64,000 nucleotides of DNA from Cyanobacteria bacterium auto_48_18 (GCA_036170915.1 JAVHQC010000035.1:96001-160000), one strand, 5' to 3'. Shown: positions 36,993 through 47,255, numbered from the stretch's first letter. The notes: generated by a model from the sequence alone, not told the origin. Made by a program: numbers and translations.

Positions 36993-38771
36993 TTACATCC
37001 GCTCTGGAGCTGACACGCCTATTATGCCCAGTGCGTTGCTTAAAACCTGCTTAGTTGCAAAAATTAGTCCCAGTCTTGCTTTCGAGACTGATAATTGATC
37101 AGTTATTACTCTAGAAACTTCATAGAATTTCTGCAAATCATTAGCCAGCTCATAGGCATAACGTGCCAGACGGCCAGGCAAACGTGTTTTGAGAGCTTCT
37201 TCAACCTCTTCTGGAAATAACTCCAGTCGAGCAATCAGGGCTTTTTGATGCCCTGCTATGGTCGAGTCAGAATCAAACAGAGCAGTAAATACTTCTCCAC
37301 CAGATTGATACTCCTGCAAAAATTCATGCCATTGAGCTTGTGAAAATGGTGGCTGGTCTGTTTTACCAGTTTCAGCGTTGACTACGGGCTCCATAGCGCG
37401 ACGCAAAATGGCACAGCAACGAGCATGTGCATACTGAATATAAAATGCAGGATTTTCGCGGCTGGTTTTCTTAGCCAGATCCAGGTCAAAATTGATGGCA
37501 TTTTGCGGGCTCGATTCAGCCAGATAATATCTGGTGGCGTCCACTCCAACTTCTTCCACAACTTCGCTGAGCATAATCACTGTGCCTGCGCGCTTCGACA
37601 TTTTGACAATCTGACCGTCGCGGCTCAGATTAACCATTTGCGTCAGCACCACTTCAAGCTTGGAAGGATCCTGCCCCAGGGCACGCACAGCACCTTTCAG
37701 CCCAGGTACCTGACCATGGTGATCAGCGCCCCAGATGTTGATCACAATGTCATAACCGCGGCGATATTTTTCCAGGTGATAGGCAGCATCATTGGCTAAA
37801 TAAGTGGTGGCACCGGTTGATTTACGCAATACACGATCGCGCTCATCGCCTAATTCTTGCGCCTTCAACCAGTAAGCGCCGTCTTTTTCGTAAGTAAATC
37901 CGTGTTTGTCGAACTCTTTCAAAACATCGGCCACTTTGCCGCTGGCATGCAGACTGCGTTCTGAATACCAGTCATCGAATTCGATACCAAGATTTTTCAA
38001 AAGTGTTTTTTGATTTTCAATAATCAAATCTTTGACCAGATCGCCCACCACTGACGGCCCCTGTTCACCTGATTGCAAATATTGATCGCCGTGCGCGTCC
38101 ACTACTTTCTGCACAAAATCGCGTAAAAATTCTTCAGGATATCCTTCGGCAGGATACTCAACCTCTTTGCCCAGCAAGCGTTGATAAAGAGCCCATGCGC
38201 ATCTTCCAAGATGCAAAATTTGCTCGCCATAATCATTGACATAAAATTCTTGATCGACGTGATAGCCGCCGAACTTCATCAAATTTGAAAGGCAACTACC
38301 AAAAACCGCATTACGACCGTGCCCAATATGCAATTCGCCCGTAGGATTGGCTGATACATACTCAACTAAAACTTTTTTTCCTGCGCCTTTAACTGAGCGG
38401 CCGTAATCGGCAGTTTGGCAATGGACTTGAGAAATAACGTCAGTGAGCCAGACAGTGCCCAATGTAAAGTTGATAAATCCGGGCGCGGCCACCGTTATTT
38501 TGGCTATTGCACCACTTTCAACGGCTTTACTTTTGCCAATATATTCTGCCAATGTCTCGGCAATACGCAGTGGCGATGTTTTGACAAGCGCAGCCATTTT
38601 AAGGGCCATGCCGCAAGCGAAATCACCATGTTCTGCCGACTTTGGCTTTTCGATAACAATGGCAACAGCGCCATTTTCGGCCTCGGCTTTTGTCAGAGGG
38701 CCCATCTTGCCGTTATCACAGGCCTCAAACAAGGCCTGTTCAACAATCTCGGCCAATTTCTCCTTGATCAT
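36993..38771 (-). CDS. argS: Arginine--tRNA ligase
   Basis: HGDFA, PGFINF, EYVSANPTGELHIGHGR, WGADHHG, KMSKRAG, YIQYAHAR, APERM. Confidence 0.97.
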   Translation of the reverse strand: MIKEKLAEIVEQALFEACDNGKMGPLTKAEAENGAVAIVIEKPKSAEHGDFACGMALKMAALVKTSPLRIAETLAEYIGKSKAVESGAIAKITVAAPGFINFTLGTVWLTDVISQVHCQTADYGRSVKGAGKKVLVEYVSANPTGELHIGHGRNAVFGSCLSNLMKFGGYHVDQEFYVNDYGEQILHLGRCAWALYQRLLGKEVEYPAEGYPEEFLRDFVQKVVDAHGDQYLQSGEQGPSVVGDLVKDLIIENQKTLLKNLGIEFDDWYSERSLHASGKVADVLKEFDKHGFTYEKDGAYWLKAQELGDERDRVLRKSTGATTYLANDAAYHLEKYRRGYDIVINIWGADHHGQVPGLKGAVRALGQDPSKLEVVLTQMVNLSRDGQIVKMSKRAGTVIMLSEVVEEVGVDATRYYLAESSPQNAINFDLDLAKKTSRENPAFYIQYAHARCCAILRRAMEPVVNAETGKTDQPPFSQAQWHEFLQEYQSGGEVFTALFDSDSTIAGHQKALIARLELFPEEVEEALKTRLPGRLARYAYELANDLQKFYEVSRVITDQLSVSKARLGLIFATKQVLSNALGIIGVSAPERM

Positions 38772-38890
38772 CGCTTATATACTTCCAAAGTTTCAGGCCA
38801 CGTTTCTGGCAGGGTTTCCTGGCTCATGATATTACATTCATGGGTGGGTTCCAGCTTCCGTGTAGGAGCTTGAAGCAAGTTCGGTATCAT

Positions 38891-39484
38891 ATGAAAATGA
38901 AAATGCCTGAAAAAATCAAAATATTGAATCTTGACTTTGTTCTGCTGGCAGGTCTACTGCCTCTGAGCATCTCGCTGGTCACCGCTTTGCCGCTGCAAGC
39001 ACAAGGCCCGAGCGCCAAAGGCAAAGCCCCAGCATCTAAGTCTGGTGGTGTCATAGACCCATCTGTAATTGACCCTGTCAGGCAGCTGCAGTTGATTTCA
39101 GCGGCGGTTAAGGCCAGCCGCATGGAATTGTCGGCAATTGCCGCCGAACTGGACAAAGTCAACCTTGAGCTGGATAAATTTGAAGGCAAGCCAGCAAAGG
39201 ATATCGACCGTAAACAATTTACCGCTCTAGGTGATCGTTTCAACAACACTCTGGCTCGCAGTGAAGCTGTTGAGAAAAAAGTCAGCCAATCATTAGCCAA
39301 AAGCTTGAAAGATATAGGCAACGTCAAAGCGGCTCTTAAGCGCATTCAGTCGCAAAGATTGACTGACAAGAATGCAAAAAAGGTGTTGAGCGATAGTGAG
39401 TTGAAAGAGTGCCTGAAAGATCTTGGCGATCTCGACAAGACAGTGAGAGAGCTTCAGACCAGCTTGCAAGAACCGCAAAAATAA
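38891..39484 (+). CDS. Hypothetical exported coiled-coil protein
   Basis: Hydrophobic signal-like segment ending LQA-Q, followed by heptad-like helices; start uncertain (38840-38903). Confidence 0.6.
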   Translation: MKMKMPEKIKILNLDFVLLAGLLPLSISLVTALPLQAQGPSAKGKAPASKSGGVIDPSVIDPVRQLQLISAAVKASRMELSAIAAELDKVNLELDKFEGKPAKDIDRKQFTALGDRFNNTLARSEAVEKKVSQSLAKSLKDIGNVKAALKRIQSQRLTDKNAKKVLSDSELKECLKDLGDLDKTVRELQTSLQEPQK

Positions 39485-39497
39485 GTGCACAAATTAA

Positions 39498-39523
39498 GAC
39501 CGCCGGCTCCAAGACCGGCGGTC
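39498..39523. terminator. Hairpin between convergent genes
   Basis: GACCGCCGG-N8-CCGGCGGTC perfect 9-bp stem. Confidence 0.65.
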
Positions 39524-39552
39524 ACACTTTATTGAACTTAGTTCAAAACTTT

Positions 39553-40107
39553 TTAAACGCCTTCAATCTCTTTGAGCAGGCTGAAAACCTGACTGAGAGC
39601 CAGATCATAATCAAGGCCATCGAGGCAATATCCGGTTTTTCCTTTGGCTTCGACTACGTCAAAGCGAGCAGTGTGCTCCATCTCATTGATGGTAATAAGC
39701 AAGCTGGAGCCGCCTGAAAATTGGCATGCAATTTCAGTTAGAGAAGGCAGAAATGTCGACGAGCCAATAGAACGATTTGAAATTCGACGTACATAAAGAT
39801 TCTTATTTCGCCAGTAAGACTCAGTCTCATTGCCGCGGTTGATCGAACCTGGCTGGGCATCACTGACCTGGCACCACTTCTGATTGACGGAAGCAATATC
39901 GCGTCTTTTGAGTGCAAGCAGACGGGCACCATACTGCACGGCAAGATCAATCAGCTTGCGATATTTCAATTCGTCGACGGCAGGTTCGCTGGCGAGCACC
40001 AGAGTACGAGGACTGAAAGCTGTTGATGTACGTTCACGCTCGACAAAGGGCAGAACGTTGGTGCTTACATATTGATTGACAGGTGCTGATGCAATTCCGG
40101 TGGTCAT
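39553..40107 (-). CDS. Hypothetical protein
   Basis: 184-aa ORF with AAGGA SD; no motif recognised. Confidence 0.6.
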   Translation of the reverse strand: MTTGIASAPVNQYVSTNVLPFVERERTSTAFSPRTLVLASEPAVDELKYRKLIDLAVQYGARLLALKRRDIASVNQKWCQVSDAQPGSINRGNETESYWRNKNLYVRRISNRSIGSSTFLPSLTEIACQFSGGSSLLITINEMEHTARFDVVEAKGKTGYCLDGLDYDLALSQVFSLLKEIEGV

Positions 40108-40663
40108 TGAGTTTTCCTTATCTGGAAAATATCCAGGGCAAGACGCGCTTCCTTACTTACTAATTAAAGGTTGGAAGGAGCGGATATATTTGTAGAGGAG
40201 CGGCGTAACCAAAAAATTGCTTTAGTTCGTGCGTCCTATTAACAGTGAATCATTATACGAGATTAGTTGCCACCTGATCAGCAGCGCCGATCAGTTTTAA
40301 TGCTAGCCACCACTGATGGTGTTGCATCGCTAATTATGCAACTGCTCACTATCGTCAATGACGACTCGAGTAGGCATTGAGCATACACTGAAGAAATATA
40401 TTTGTTCAATTGAAAAATTGCCCATGTCCAAAAGATCTTCATAAAAGAAACTATCGATCACCTATTAGATATACGATCGAAATCTTTGCATCGTTTACAA
40501 ACAGTATTGATGAACAACGGCTCATAGTAAGGCTTTGCAGCCCCCTGCGCATTTACGAAAACCTGCATTTCGTTAATGAGAGAATGAACAACTAACGCAA
40601 CTTACTGATACAACCTACTAATAAAGTTGCAACCACTTTCATGGTTGTCGCGCACCACTAAAA

Positions 40664-40695
40664 CAAAAACACTATCTAAATAGATAGTGTTTTTG
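40664..40695. terminator. 14-bp perfect inverted repeat; likely terminator of the ECF/anti-sigma/Spy operon
   Basis: CAAAAACACTATCT-AAAT-AGATAGTGTTTTTG, about 50 nt downstream of the 40748 stop. Confidence 0.7.
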
Positions 40696-40747
40696 AAATA
40701 CGGAAAATAGAAAATTGAATATATGTAGTTCGAAAAAACAACTCGCT

Positions 40748-41299
40748 CTATTTATTTGGATTATCGATCGGCAGGACGTCACGCATGCGACGCATCAGGT
40801 TCTGAATTTTATCTGGCATTACTTCCGTCTGCGAGCCAGGGTTAAGCTGCGCTTTGCGATTTTGAATCATGATGCGCATCATGTCTTCCAACTGCTTCTG
40901 CTGCTTCTCGTCAAGAATTTTGCGTTTATTAAGGTAGTTTTGCATAGCAGCATTACTAAGCTGCGCTCTGCGCGATGCAATTGACTGCTGCATCGACAAT
41001 ATTTGAACCGGGTCAGCATTATGATCAGACAAAAGCTTTTGCAACTTCGACTGCTCATCGCGAATTTGCGGGCTCAGCTCATTGAAATCTTTGTACCACT
41101 GCTGCTCAAGCGTCTGGATTTGACCGCTTTGCACTGGTGTTAGATTGAGCTTAGTCCAGTCAACGCTGCATGAAGCCGAAGCGGCTGGCCCTTCTTGGGC
41201 GAGCCCGGGAGGTGCAAATTGAATAGTACACAAGGTTGCCACGAGAGCCGCAGAAAAAATAGCGCCGGCAGATTTTGCCGAACGAACACTATTCTTCAT
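40748..41299 (-). CDS. Spy/CpxP (LTxxQ) family periplasmic protein
   Basis: Signal peptide, LNLTPVQ and ILDEKQQ LTxxQ-like motifs, Gln-rich helices. Start moved to ATG 41299. Confidence 0.8.
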   Translation of the reverse strand: MKNSVRSAKSAGAIFSAALVATLCTIQFAPPGLAQEGPAASASCSVDWTKLNLTPVQSGQIQTLEQQWYKDFNELSPQIRDEQSKLQKLLSDHNADPVQILSMQQSIASRRAQLSNAAMQNYLNKRKILDEKQQKQLEDMMRIMIQNRKAQLNPGSQTEVMPDKIQNLMRRMRDVLPIDNPNK

Positions 41300-42206
41300 A
41301 CACCACCGCTTCAGCCTTATCTGCTGGTTGCAACAACGATGAATCAATCAAATATCCTTCCGCTGAAACTTGTCGCACGTTCGATTGTTCCGGACTATTG
41401 AGCCAGAAAGCTCCCAGACCGAAAACCATTACAAAGACAGCCGCTACAGCCGCAAGTGCATATAAGCGTCTATCAAGTCCTTTTACTACCTTATTAGATG
41501 TAAGTTGAGCCGATTGTGTTTTTGGTGTAAAGGGCACCACTTGCAATTTGCTTTTGATACCAGGCCACAGATCGAACTCTTCTGGAATCTCAGGTTTATA
41601 AGAATCGCGCAGAATATCGCCCACAGTCGAAATCTTGTTGAATTCAACCTGACAATTGGCGCAATCAGTTAAGTGCTTAGTGATTTCTCTGTGTCTTTGC
41701 GAAACCACTTCTTGATCGAGGTAAGCGGAAAGCTCGTTATCAATCAGGGCACAGTCAGCGTTAAGTCGTTCCTTAATAGAAGACCACAAATCGACATTGA
41801 CGGCCGCCGGCAGTTCCAACCCTTTTGACAGCAGACGATTGGTTTGATTAAGAGCAGTAAATTTCGCCAGACAGTCGGCGCAATCTTTAAGATGCTGATT
41901 AACACCCTCTTGAGCTGGTGAAGTCAATTCTCCATCCAGATAGGCAGAAAGATCGTCAAGAATGACATCACACACAGAAGGTAATTCGTGTGACATTTTC
42001 GACCACAGATCGGGCATCTCGGAGCTATCTGAGAAAGCCCTGCCGAGCATGGCAGTCAACGCTTTTAGCGATTCATAGCTGGCCGTGCACTCGGTGCAAT
42101 CGAGCATATGTTCGTTAATTTCTTTGGCAAGCTCCGGAGCTACTTGATTGTCAAGCAATGCCGAAAGTTCATCCTTATATTTATCGCAAGCTAAAGCTTC
42201 AACCAT
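41289..42206 (-). CDS. Anti-sigma factor with three tandem zf-HC2 (ZAS) domains and a C-terminal TM helix
   Basis: Three C-x6-LSA(Y/L)LD...H-x3-C-x2-C repeats; ATG 42206 overlaps the sigma stop codon. Confidence 0.88.
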   Translation of the reverse strand: MVEALACDKYKDELSALLDNQVAPELAKEINEHMLDCTECTASYESLKALTAMLGRAFSDSSEMPDLWSKMSHELPSVCDVILDDLSAYLDGELTSPAQEGVNQHLKDCADCLAKFTALNQTNRLLSKGLELPAAVNVDLWSSIKERLNADCALIDNELSAYLDQEVVSQRHREITKHLTDCANCQVEFNKISTVGDILRDSYKPEIPEEFDLWPGIKSKLQVVPFTPKTQSAQLTSNKVVKGLDRRLYALAAVAAVFVMVFGLGAFWLNSPEQSNVRQVSAEGYLIDSSLLQPADKAEAVVYEE

Positions 42207-42834
42207 CGCTAGGAACCTCTGGTACAGACTGAGATTGTTCGATGTAGGGCTTAAGCAACTCTTGCAATTTGGTACGGGCTCGCGCAATTCGCGACTTAAC
42301 CGTTCCCATTTCTGTTTGTGTAATTACTGCAATTTCGTCGTAGCTTAAACCCTCCACTTCTCTCAAGACGATGGCTGTACGAAACTGTTCCGGCAACCGC
42401 AACATTGCCTGGCGGATGACTTCCGAGACTTCCTTATTGAGGATTTTTTCATCAGGCAAGATGGAATTATCAGGTATATCGCGGGTTGAGCCGTCAGACT
42501 CACCGTCCTCTCCACCATGAGAATCATCCATAGATACAGTGGGCAGGCGACGCGGGCGCTTACGCAGTTCGTCATAAAATAGATTAGTGACAATTTGAGT
42601 TAGCCAACCACGGAACGAGGCTGGGTTTCTCAGGTTGTTAATGGAGCGCCAGACGCGAATGAAAACTTCCTGAGCCAGATCCGAAGTGTCTTCCCAGTCA
42701 GGAGCCAATTGATAGATTAATGAATATACGGTGCGTTGATGCCGTTTAACCAGCTCTTCAAAGGCCTGGGGCTCGCGTTTCTGGCAAGCTAAAACTAGAT
42801 CACGGTCACTTTTCTGAGAGTAAGCGGTTGGCAT
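42199..42834 (-). CDS. ECF sigma-70 factor (RpoE/cyanobacterial SigG-like)
   Basis: AFEELV..HQ..VY, LAPDW...DLAQEVFIRV, FRGWL..I.TNLFYDELRKR, LREVEGLSYDEIA, GTVKSRIARAR. Confidence 0.93.
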   Translation of the reverse strand: MPTAYSQKSDRDLVLACQKREPQAFEELVKRHQRTVYSLIYQLAPDWEDTSDLAQEVFIRVWRSINNLRNPASFRGWLTQIVTNLFYDELRKRPRRLPTVSMDDSHGGEDGESDGSTRDIPDNSILPDEKILNKEVSEVIRQAMLRLPEQFRTAIVLREVEGLSYDEIAVITQTEMGTVKSRIARARTKLQELLKPYIEQSQSVPEVPSDG

Positions 42835-43076
42835 CGAAGGTCCCTATACACGTTCCTTAATATGGTAACACTTGAAACCGAGCTCGAAATCGCCAAGATT
42901 GAGACAGAAGCATCAATTTTCGACAGCTGAGTTAGATTTCGGGCCACGGTTCTAACGATAGATTTATTTCAGGAATGGCAAAAAATGGTAGCATAGCAGG
43001 TTAAGCCAGCTGAAAGCGGCTTAGCTACAGCTTTTAAGCCGTGCCAAATTTTCATATGACTCAAGGAGTTGCTGCT

Positions 43077-44351
43077 TTGACCACAAACTATTTATTCACT
43101 TCTGAGTCGGTAACAGAAGGCCACCCTGATAAAGTTTGCGACCAGATTTCAGACGCTATTCTCGACGCCATGCTTTCCCAAGATGTGAAAGCTCGAGTTG
43201 CCGCTGAATGCGCAGTATCCACAGGCCTGGTGCTTGTCACCGGTGAAATAACCAGCACCGCCACCGTCGATTTCCAAGAGCTGATTCGCTCCGTCATCAC
43301 AGAAATTGGCTACACCGGCGAAAAAGGGGGCGGTTTCGATGCCATGTCGTGCGCCATTCTCACCGCCATTAACAAACAGTCACCAGATATTGCTTCTGGA
43401 GTCGATCAAGCTTTAGAGAGCCGACCTGTGACAGCAGATGGGAAAGCCTCGTCTACAGATGCAGCTGACGAAACCGGTGCCGGCGACCAGGGCATGATGT
43501 TTGGTTTTGCCTGCAACGAAACACCTGAAATGATGCCTATGCCTATTTCGGTGGCGCACCGCATTGCTCGCCGCCTATCTGAAGTGAGAAAAAACGGCAC
43601 TCTGAAATATTTGAGACCAGACGGCAAAACTCAAGTCAGTATTGAATATAACGGCACCACACCGGTGCGGGTCGATTCCATCGTTGTCTCCACCCAACAC
43701 GACCCAATCGTTGACGGCATCGAAGAAAACACCAAGCTGCAAGAGCGCATCGCTCAAGACTTGAAGGCTTACGTGATTATGCCGGTCTTCCAAGATCTTT
43801 CCATCAAACCAGATGACCAGACCAGATATTTGATCAATCCATCAGGAAGATTTGTTGTCGGTGGGCCACATGGTGATGCCGGATTGACCGGCCGCAAAAT
43901 TATTGTGGATACCTATGGCGGTTATTCGCGCCACGGTGGTGGTGCCTTCTCCGGTAAAGATCCAACAAAAGTTGACCGCTCAGCTGCTTATGCTGCTCGT
44001 CACGTGGCAAAAAATATCGTCGCAGCCGGTTTAGCTGATCGCTGCGAAGTACAAATTGCTTACGCCATTGGTGTAGCCAGGCCAGTTTCGGTCAATGTAA
44101 CTACTTTCGGCACAGGCAAAATGCCTGATCACAAAATTACCGAGTTGATTCATTCAACCTTTGATTTGAGACCAGCTGCCATTATCAAAACATTCAAATT
44201 GAATGAGTTGCCAAAACTCAATGGCGGCAAATTCTATCGCAACGTGGCTGCATACGGGCACTTTGGCAGACCTGATTTGAATCTTCCCTGGGAACAACTG
44301 GATAGGGTGGAAGAGCTAAAAAAGTCGCTGGCTAAAGCAGCCAGTGCCTGA
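43077..44351 (+). CDS. metK: S-adenosylmethionine synthase
   Basis: [44 protein letters not shown] favours a TTG start at 43077 over the track start 43041. Confidence 0.97.
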   Translation: MTTNYLFTSESVTEGHPDKVCDQISDAILDAMLSQDVKARVAAECAVSTGLVLVTGEITSTATVDFQELIRSVITEIGYTGEKGGGFDAMSCAILTAINKQSPDIASGVDQALESRPVTADGKASSTDAADETGAGDQGMMFGFACNETPEMMPMPISVAHRIARRLSEVRKNGTLKYLRPDGKTQVSIEYNGTTPVRVDSIVVSTQHDPIVDGIEENTKLQERIAQDLKAYVIMPVFQDLSIKPDDQTRYLINPSGRFVVGGPHGDAGLTGRKIIVDTYGGYSRHGGGAFSGKDPTKVDRSAAYAARHVAKNIVAAGLADRCEVQIAYAIGVARPVSVNVTTFGTGKMPDHKITELIHSTFDLRPAAIIKTFKLNELPKLNGGKFYRNVAAYGHFGRPDLNLPWEQLDRVEELKKSLAKAASA

Positions 44352-44423
44352 GATAATCTGACGCTGTGATTTTGATTAACGATCTTTAGTAAGGAAACTT
44401 TTTGTGATCGCCAAGCTAAGTCT

Positions 44424-45392
44424 ATGAAATCCGGCACGCTTACAGTCAATCCTGACACTGCGGAGTCATACATTGTTGAACTCACTGAAGGCGAAGTGCT
44501 TCAGATTGGGCGTAAACCTGCCTCCGGTGGTATGAAAAAACTGGTTTTGCCCTACCCTGAAGTATCAGGGCAACATTCAGAAATTCGTTGCAAATCAGAA
44601 GGCTGGACAATCGTTGATGCCGGCAGCACTAACGGCACAATGCTCAACGGCGGGCGCTTGACGCCCGGCAAAGAGTATCACTTACACTCTGGTGACCGTG
44701 TCAAAATCGCCCAGTACGAGCTTCTGGTAGATCCACCTGAATTCGATCATCCTAATCAAGATGAAGATACGGACGATTCACAAGACCGCACGCAGTTCCG
44801 TATTCAAATGATGAACGCCACCATTCTGGTTGGTGACATCAAAGGCTTTACCTCTTTGATGGAAGCCCATGCCACCAGGCCGATGATGGTAATGGAAGCA
44901 GCGCAAAAAGTTTTTGATACTCTCAATGATGAGATCAATAAGAACTATGGTCAGCTCGAGAAAATCGCCGGTGACGCCATCATGGCTTACTGGCAGGGCA
45001 ACGACGCTAAAACTGGCGGCGGGCTTTCAGCGTGTCAGGCCTGCATTACCGCTTTAAAATTGAAGATTATTACCGTCAAATTGGCAGCAGATAAACGAGT
45101 CTGGCCTTTTGAAGGCCATCCGTTAATGCTCGACATGGCTCTGGCAACAGGTCCTGTGGCCTCCGGTAATCTTGGCTCAAACGCATCTAACCCCGCACTT
45201 CTGGGTGACACGGCCAATCTGGTATTTCGACTGGAGAAACTTATTGGCGACGATCGCCCTGGCGACATTATTGTCGAAGGCGTGACTTACGAGCTGGCTA
45301 AAGACAATTTTAAATTTGATTTTCTTGGTCAATTCAATGTAAAAGGCCGCCAGAAACCAGTCGATGTCTATCGCTTGATCTCACCTCTTTAG
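44424..45392 (+). CDS. FHA domain plus class III nucleotide cyclase
   Basis: FHA IGR...VSGQH...GSTNGT; cyclase GDIKGFT, EKIAGDA, GDTANLVFRLE, VKGR. Confidence 0.9.
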   Translation: MKSGTLTVNPDTAESYIVELTEGEVLQIGRKPASGGMKKLVLPYPEVSGQHSEIRCKSEGWTIVDAGSTNGTMLNGGRLTPGKEYHLHSGDRVKIAQYELLVDPPEFDHPNQDEDTDDSQDRTQFRIQMMNATILVGDIKGFTSLMEAHATRPMMVMEAAQKVFDTLNDEINKNYGQLEKIAGDAIMAYWQGNDAKTGGGLSACQACITALKLKIITVKLAADKRVWPFEGHPLMLDMALATGPVASGNLGSNASNPALLGDTANLVFRLEKLIGDDRPGDIIVEGVTYELAKDNFKFDFLGQFNVKGRQKPVDVYRLISPL

Positions 45393-45400
45393 ACCATTCA

Positions 45401-46972
45401 ATGAACAAATTTGCACAACTGGCAGGCCGTCTGGTGATTGGCAGATTACCCGGTCTAGTTTTAGACGCCGAGCACAAGCAAGCTTTGCAGGCCGGCACTC
45501 TCGGTGGTATCACACTTTTCAAAGAAAATGCCAGTGATCTCAAACAGCTGGCCACGCTCACCCACAATATTTTGGCGGCCTCTTACCATGCCCCTGTTTT
45601 AACAGTAGATCAAGAAGGTGGCGCCGTTCAGCGCTTTGACCATGTGCTTTCGCCTTTACCGTCGCCCATGGCAGTGGCTGCCCGTGCAGATATTGAAGCA
45701 ACAAAGGCAATAACCGCCATCAGCTGCAGGCAACTAAAGGCGCTCGGATTTAACTTGTTGCTGGCTCCAACTTTAGACTTGCTCACTAATCCGCTTAATC
45801 CGGTGATAGGCACAAGAGCATTTAGCAGTGAGTTAGAGTGCACTACCAGTATGGGCGCACAAGTGATCGCGGCCATTGAAGAGTCTGGCATGATTGCCTG
45901 TCCAAAACATTTTCCTGGGCACGGCTCAACCAGTCAAGACTCGCACCTGGAGCTGGCTATAGTCGACAAAAGCCGTTTGCAATTAGACCAGTATGACCTG
46001 GCCCCTTTTGCCAGAAACATTGCGTTGATGCGCGCCATTTTAATTGGACACATCTGGTTGCCGCAGCTTGAAGAAAAGAAGCCTGCTACATTGTCACCGC
46101 TGGTAGTGACCGAAATTTTGCGTCGCGAGCTCAAATTTGATGGCCTAGCAATTTCAGACGACATGACCATGAAGGCAATAACTAAAGCTTATGGTCTCGG
46201 TGAAGCTTGCGTCATGGCTGTAGAAGCTGGTATCGACTTGATTTTAGTATGCGGCACTTTTGCCCAATCAGCCGAGGCGGTGCAAGCAATTAGCTCGGCC
46301 ATAGAAAGCGGGCGCTTGAGCAGCAAGCGGGTGAATGAGTCAGTCACCAGATTAGACAAACTATTTCAGGGAAAACCGCAATGCATAGACCCGTCAACTG
46401 AGCCAGATAAGCTCGAAATTTTGCAAAATCAGATTGTGGCAGATTCTTCTTACAGCACCAAATTTAGTACTACCTCGCCCGCGCTGATGCGGGGTAACAT
46501 CTCGAGAGCAACAGACTGGCTGGTGCTTGCACCCAATCACCCACGTTATCACCTGCCCCTGGCCGAAGCTCTGGCCGAAACTATGGCCGAAACTATGCCG
46601 GAAACTCTGGCTGCAAATGAAATCGCCACAGAAGAGCTACGGTATAGCATTAATCCTGATCAAATTGAAATTGAAAATCTGATCGCAAAGTGCCGCAACA
46701 GAAATGTAATTCTGATCACATTCCGCACATTTATTAATAGCAGCCAAGCACAGCTTGCAGATCAGATCGGCAAAAACTCGAGTAAGACAAACCAATTTGT
46801 TCAGATTGCCGCAGACACTCCCTACGATCTGCTCAAAATGCCCACCACGGTGACAGCCTCACTAGCAGCATTCGACCCCAGCGATCAAGCCATGATGGGC
46901 ATTGCCGAGATTATCGGAGGACGGAGCGGAGCGCGGGGTAATTGTCCGGTGAATTTGAGATTAGACATATAA
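45401..46972 (+). CDS. nagZ: GH3 beta-N-acetylhexosaminidase (NagZ-like)
   Basis: VDQEGG.VQR, KHFPGHG....DSH, ISDDM.M. Confidence 0.88.
   Translation: MNKFAQLAGRLVIGRLPGLVLDAEHKQALQAGTLGGITLFKENASDLKQLATLTHNILAASYHAPVLTVDQEGGAVQRFDHVLSPLPSPMAVAARADIEATKAITAISCRQLKALGFNLLLAPTLDLLTNPLNPVIGTRAFSSELECTTSMGAQVIAAIEESGMIACPKHFPGHGSTSQDSHLELAIVDKSRLQLDQYDLAPFARNIALMRAILIGHIWLPQLEEKKPATLSPLVVTEILRRELKFDGLAISDDMTMKAITKAYGLGEACVMAVEAGIDLILVCGTFAQSAEAVQAISSAIESGRLSSKRVNESVTRLDKLFQGKPQCIDPSTEPDKLEILQNQIVADSSYSTKFSTTSPALMRGNISRATDWLVLAPNHPRYHLPLAEALAETMAETMPETLAANEIATEELRYSINPDQIEIENLIAKCRNRNVILITFRTFINSSQAQLADQIGKNSSKTNQFVQIAADTPYDLLKMPTTVTASLAAFDPSDQAMMGIAEIIGGRSGARGNCPVNLRLDI
46559..46612. repeat. Imperfect 12-bp tandem repeat in nagZ (LAEALAETMAETMPETLA)
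   Basis: ctggccgaagct ctggccgaaact atggccgaaact atgccggaaact ctggct. Confidence 0.75.
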
Positions 46973-46998
46973 TAGGTTTGTTGGCCTGAGGTTTAAAG

Positions 46999-47253
46999 AT
47001 GGATCCTGAACAAACACTACCACCGGCGTCAGGGGAGCCAATTCCTCAAGCACCTGCAGCGCCTCAAGTTGCTCAACCTAGTCAAACTGAGAGGATATCG
47101 TCCATGGCAAGCGATCCACGCATATCAAAATATCTCGGTAAAGCCACCAAAGTGGTTGTAGCCTGTGCCGTTAGCGGTTCTATATTGCTGGTGGTGGCAA
47201 TTTTAGCCGTGGTCAACCTGCTTAACCAGGTCACCTCTGCGATACATCCATAG
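46999..47253 (+). CDS. Small single-TM hypothetical protein
   Basis: GAGG SD, Pro-rich N-terminus, one hydrophobic helix. Confidence 0.6.
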   Translation: MDPEQTLPPASGEPIPQAPAAPQVAQPSQTERISSMASDPRISKYLGKATKVVVACAVSGSILLVVAILAVVNLLNQVTSAIHP

Positions 47254-47255
47254 AC

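Noticed and set aside
40410..40595. 61-aa TTG-start ORF in the long intergenic gap
   Set aside because: No SD-like sequence, AT-rich, no motif; not supportable as a gene.
42835..43076. Canonical SAM-I riboswitch before metK
   Set aside because: The conserved SAM-I core elements were not found in the expected arrangement; only unclassified pairings are reported.
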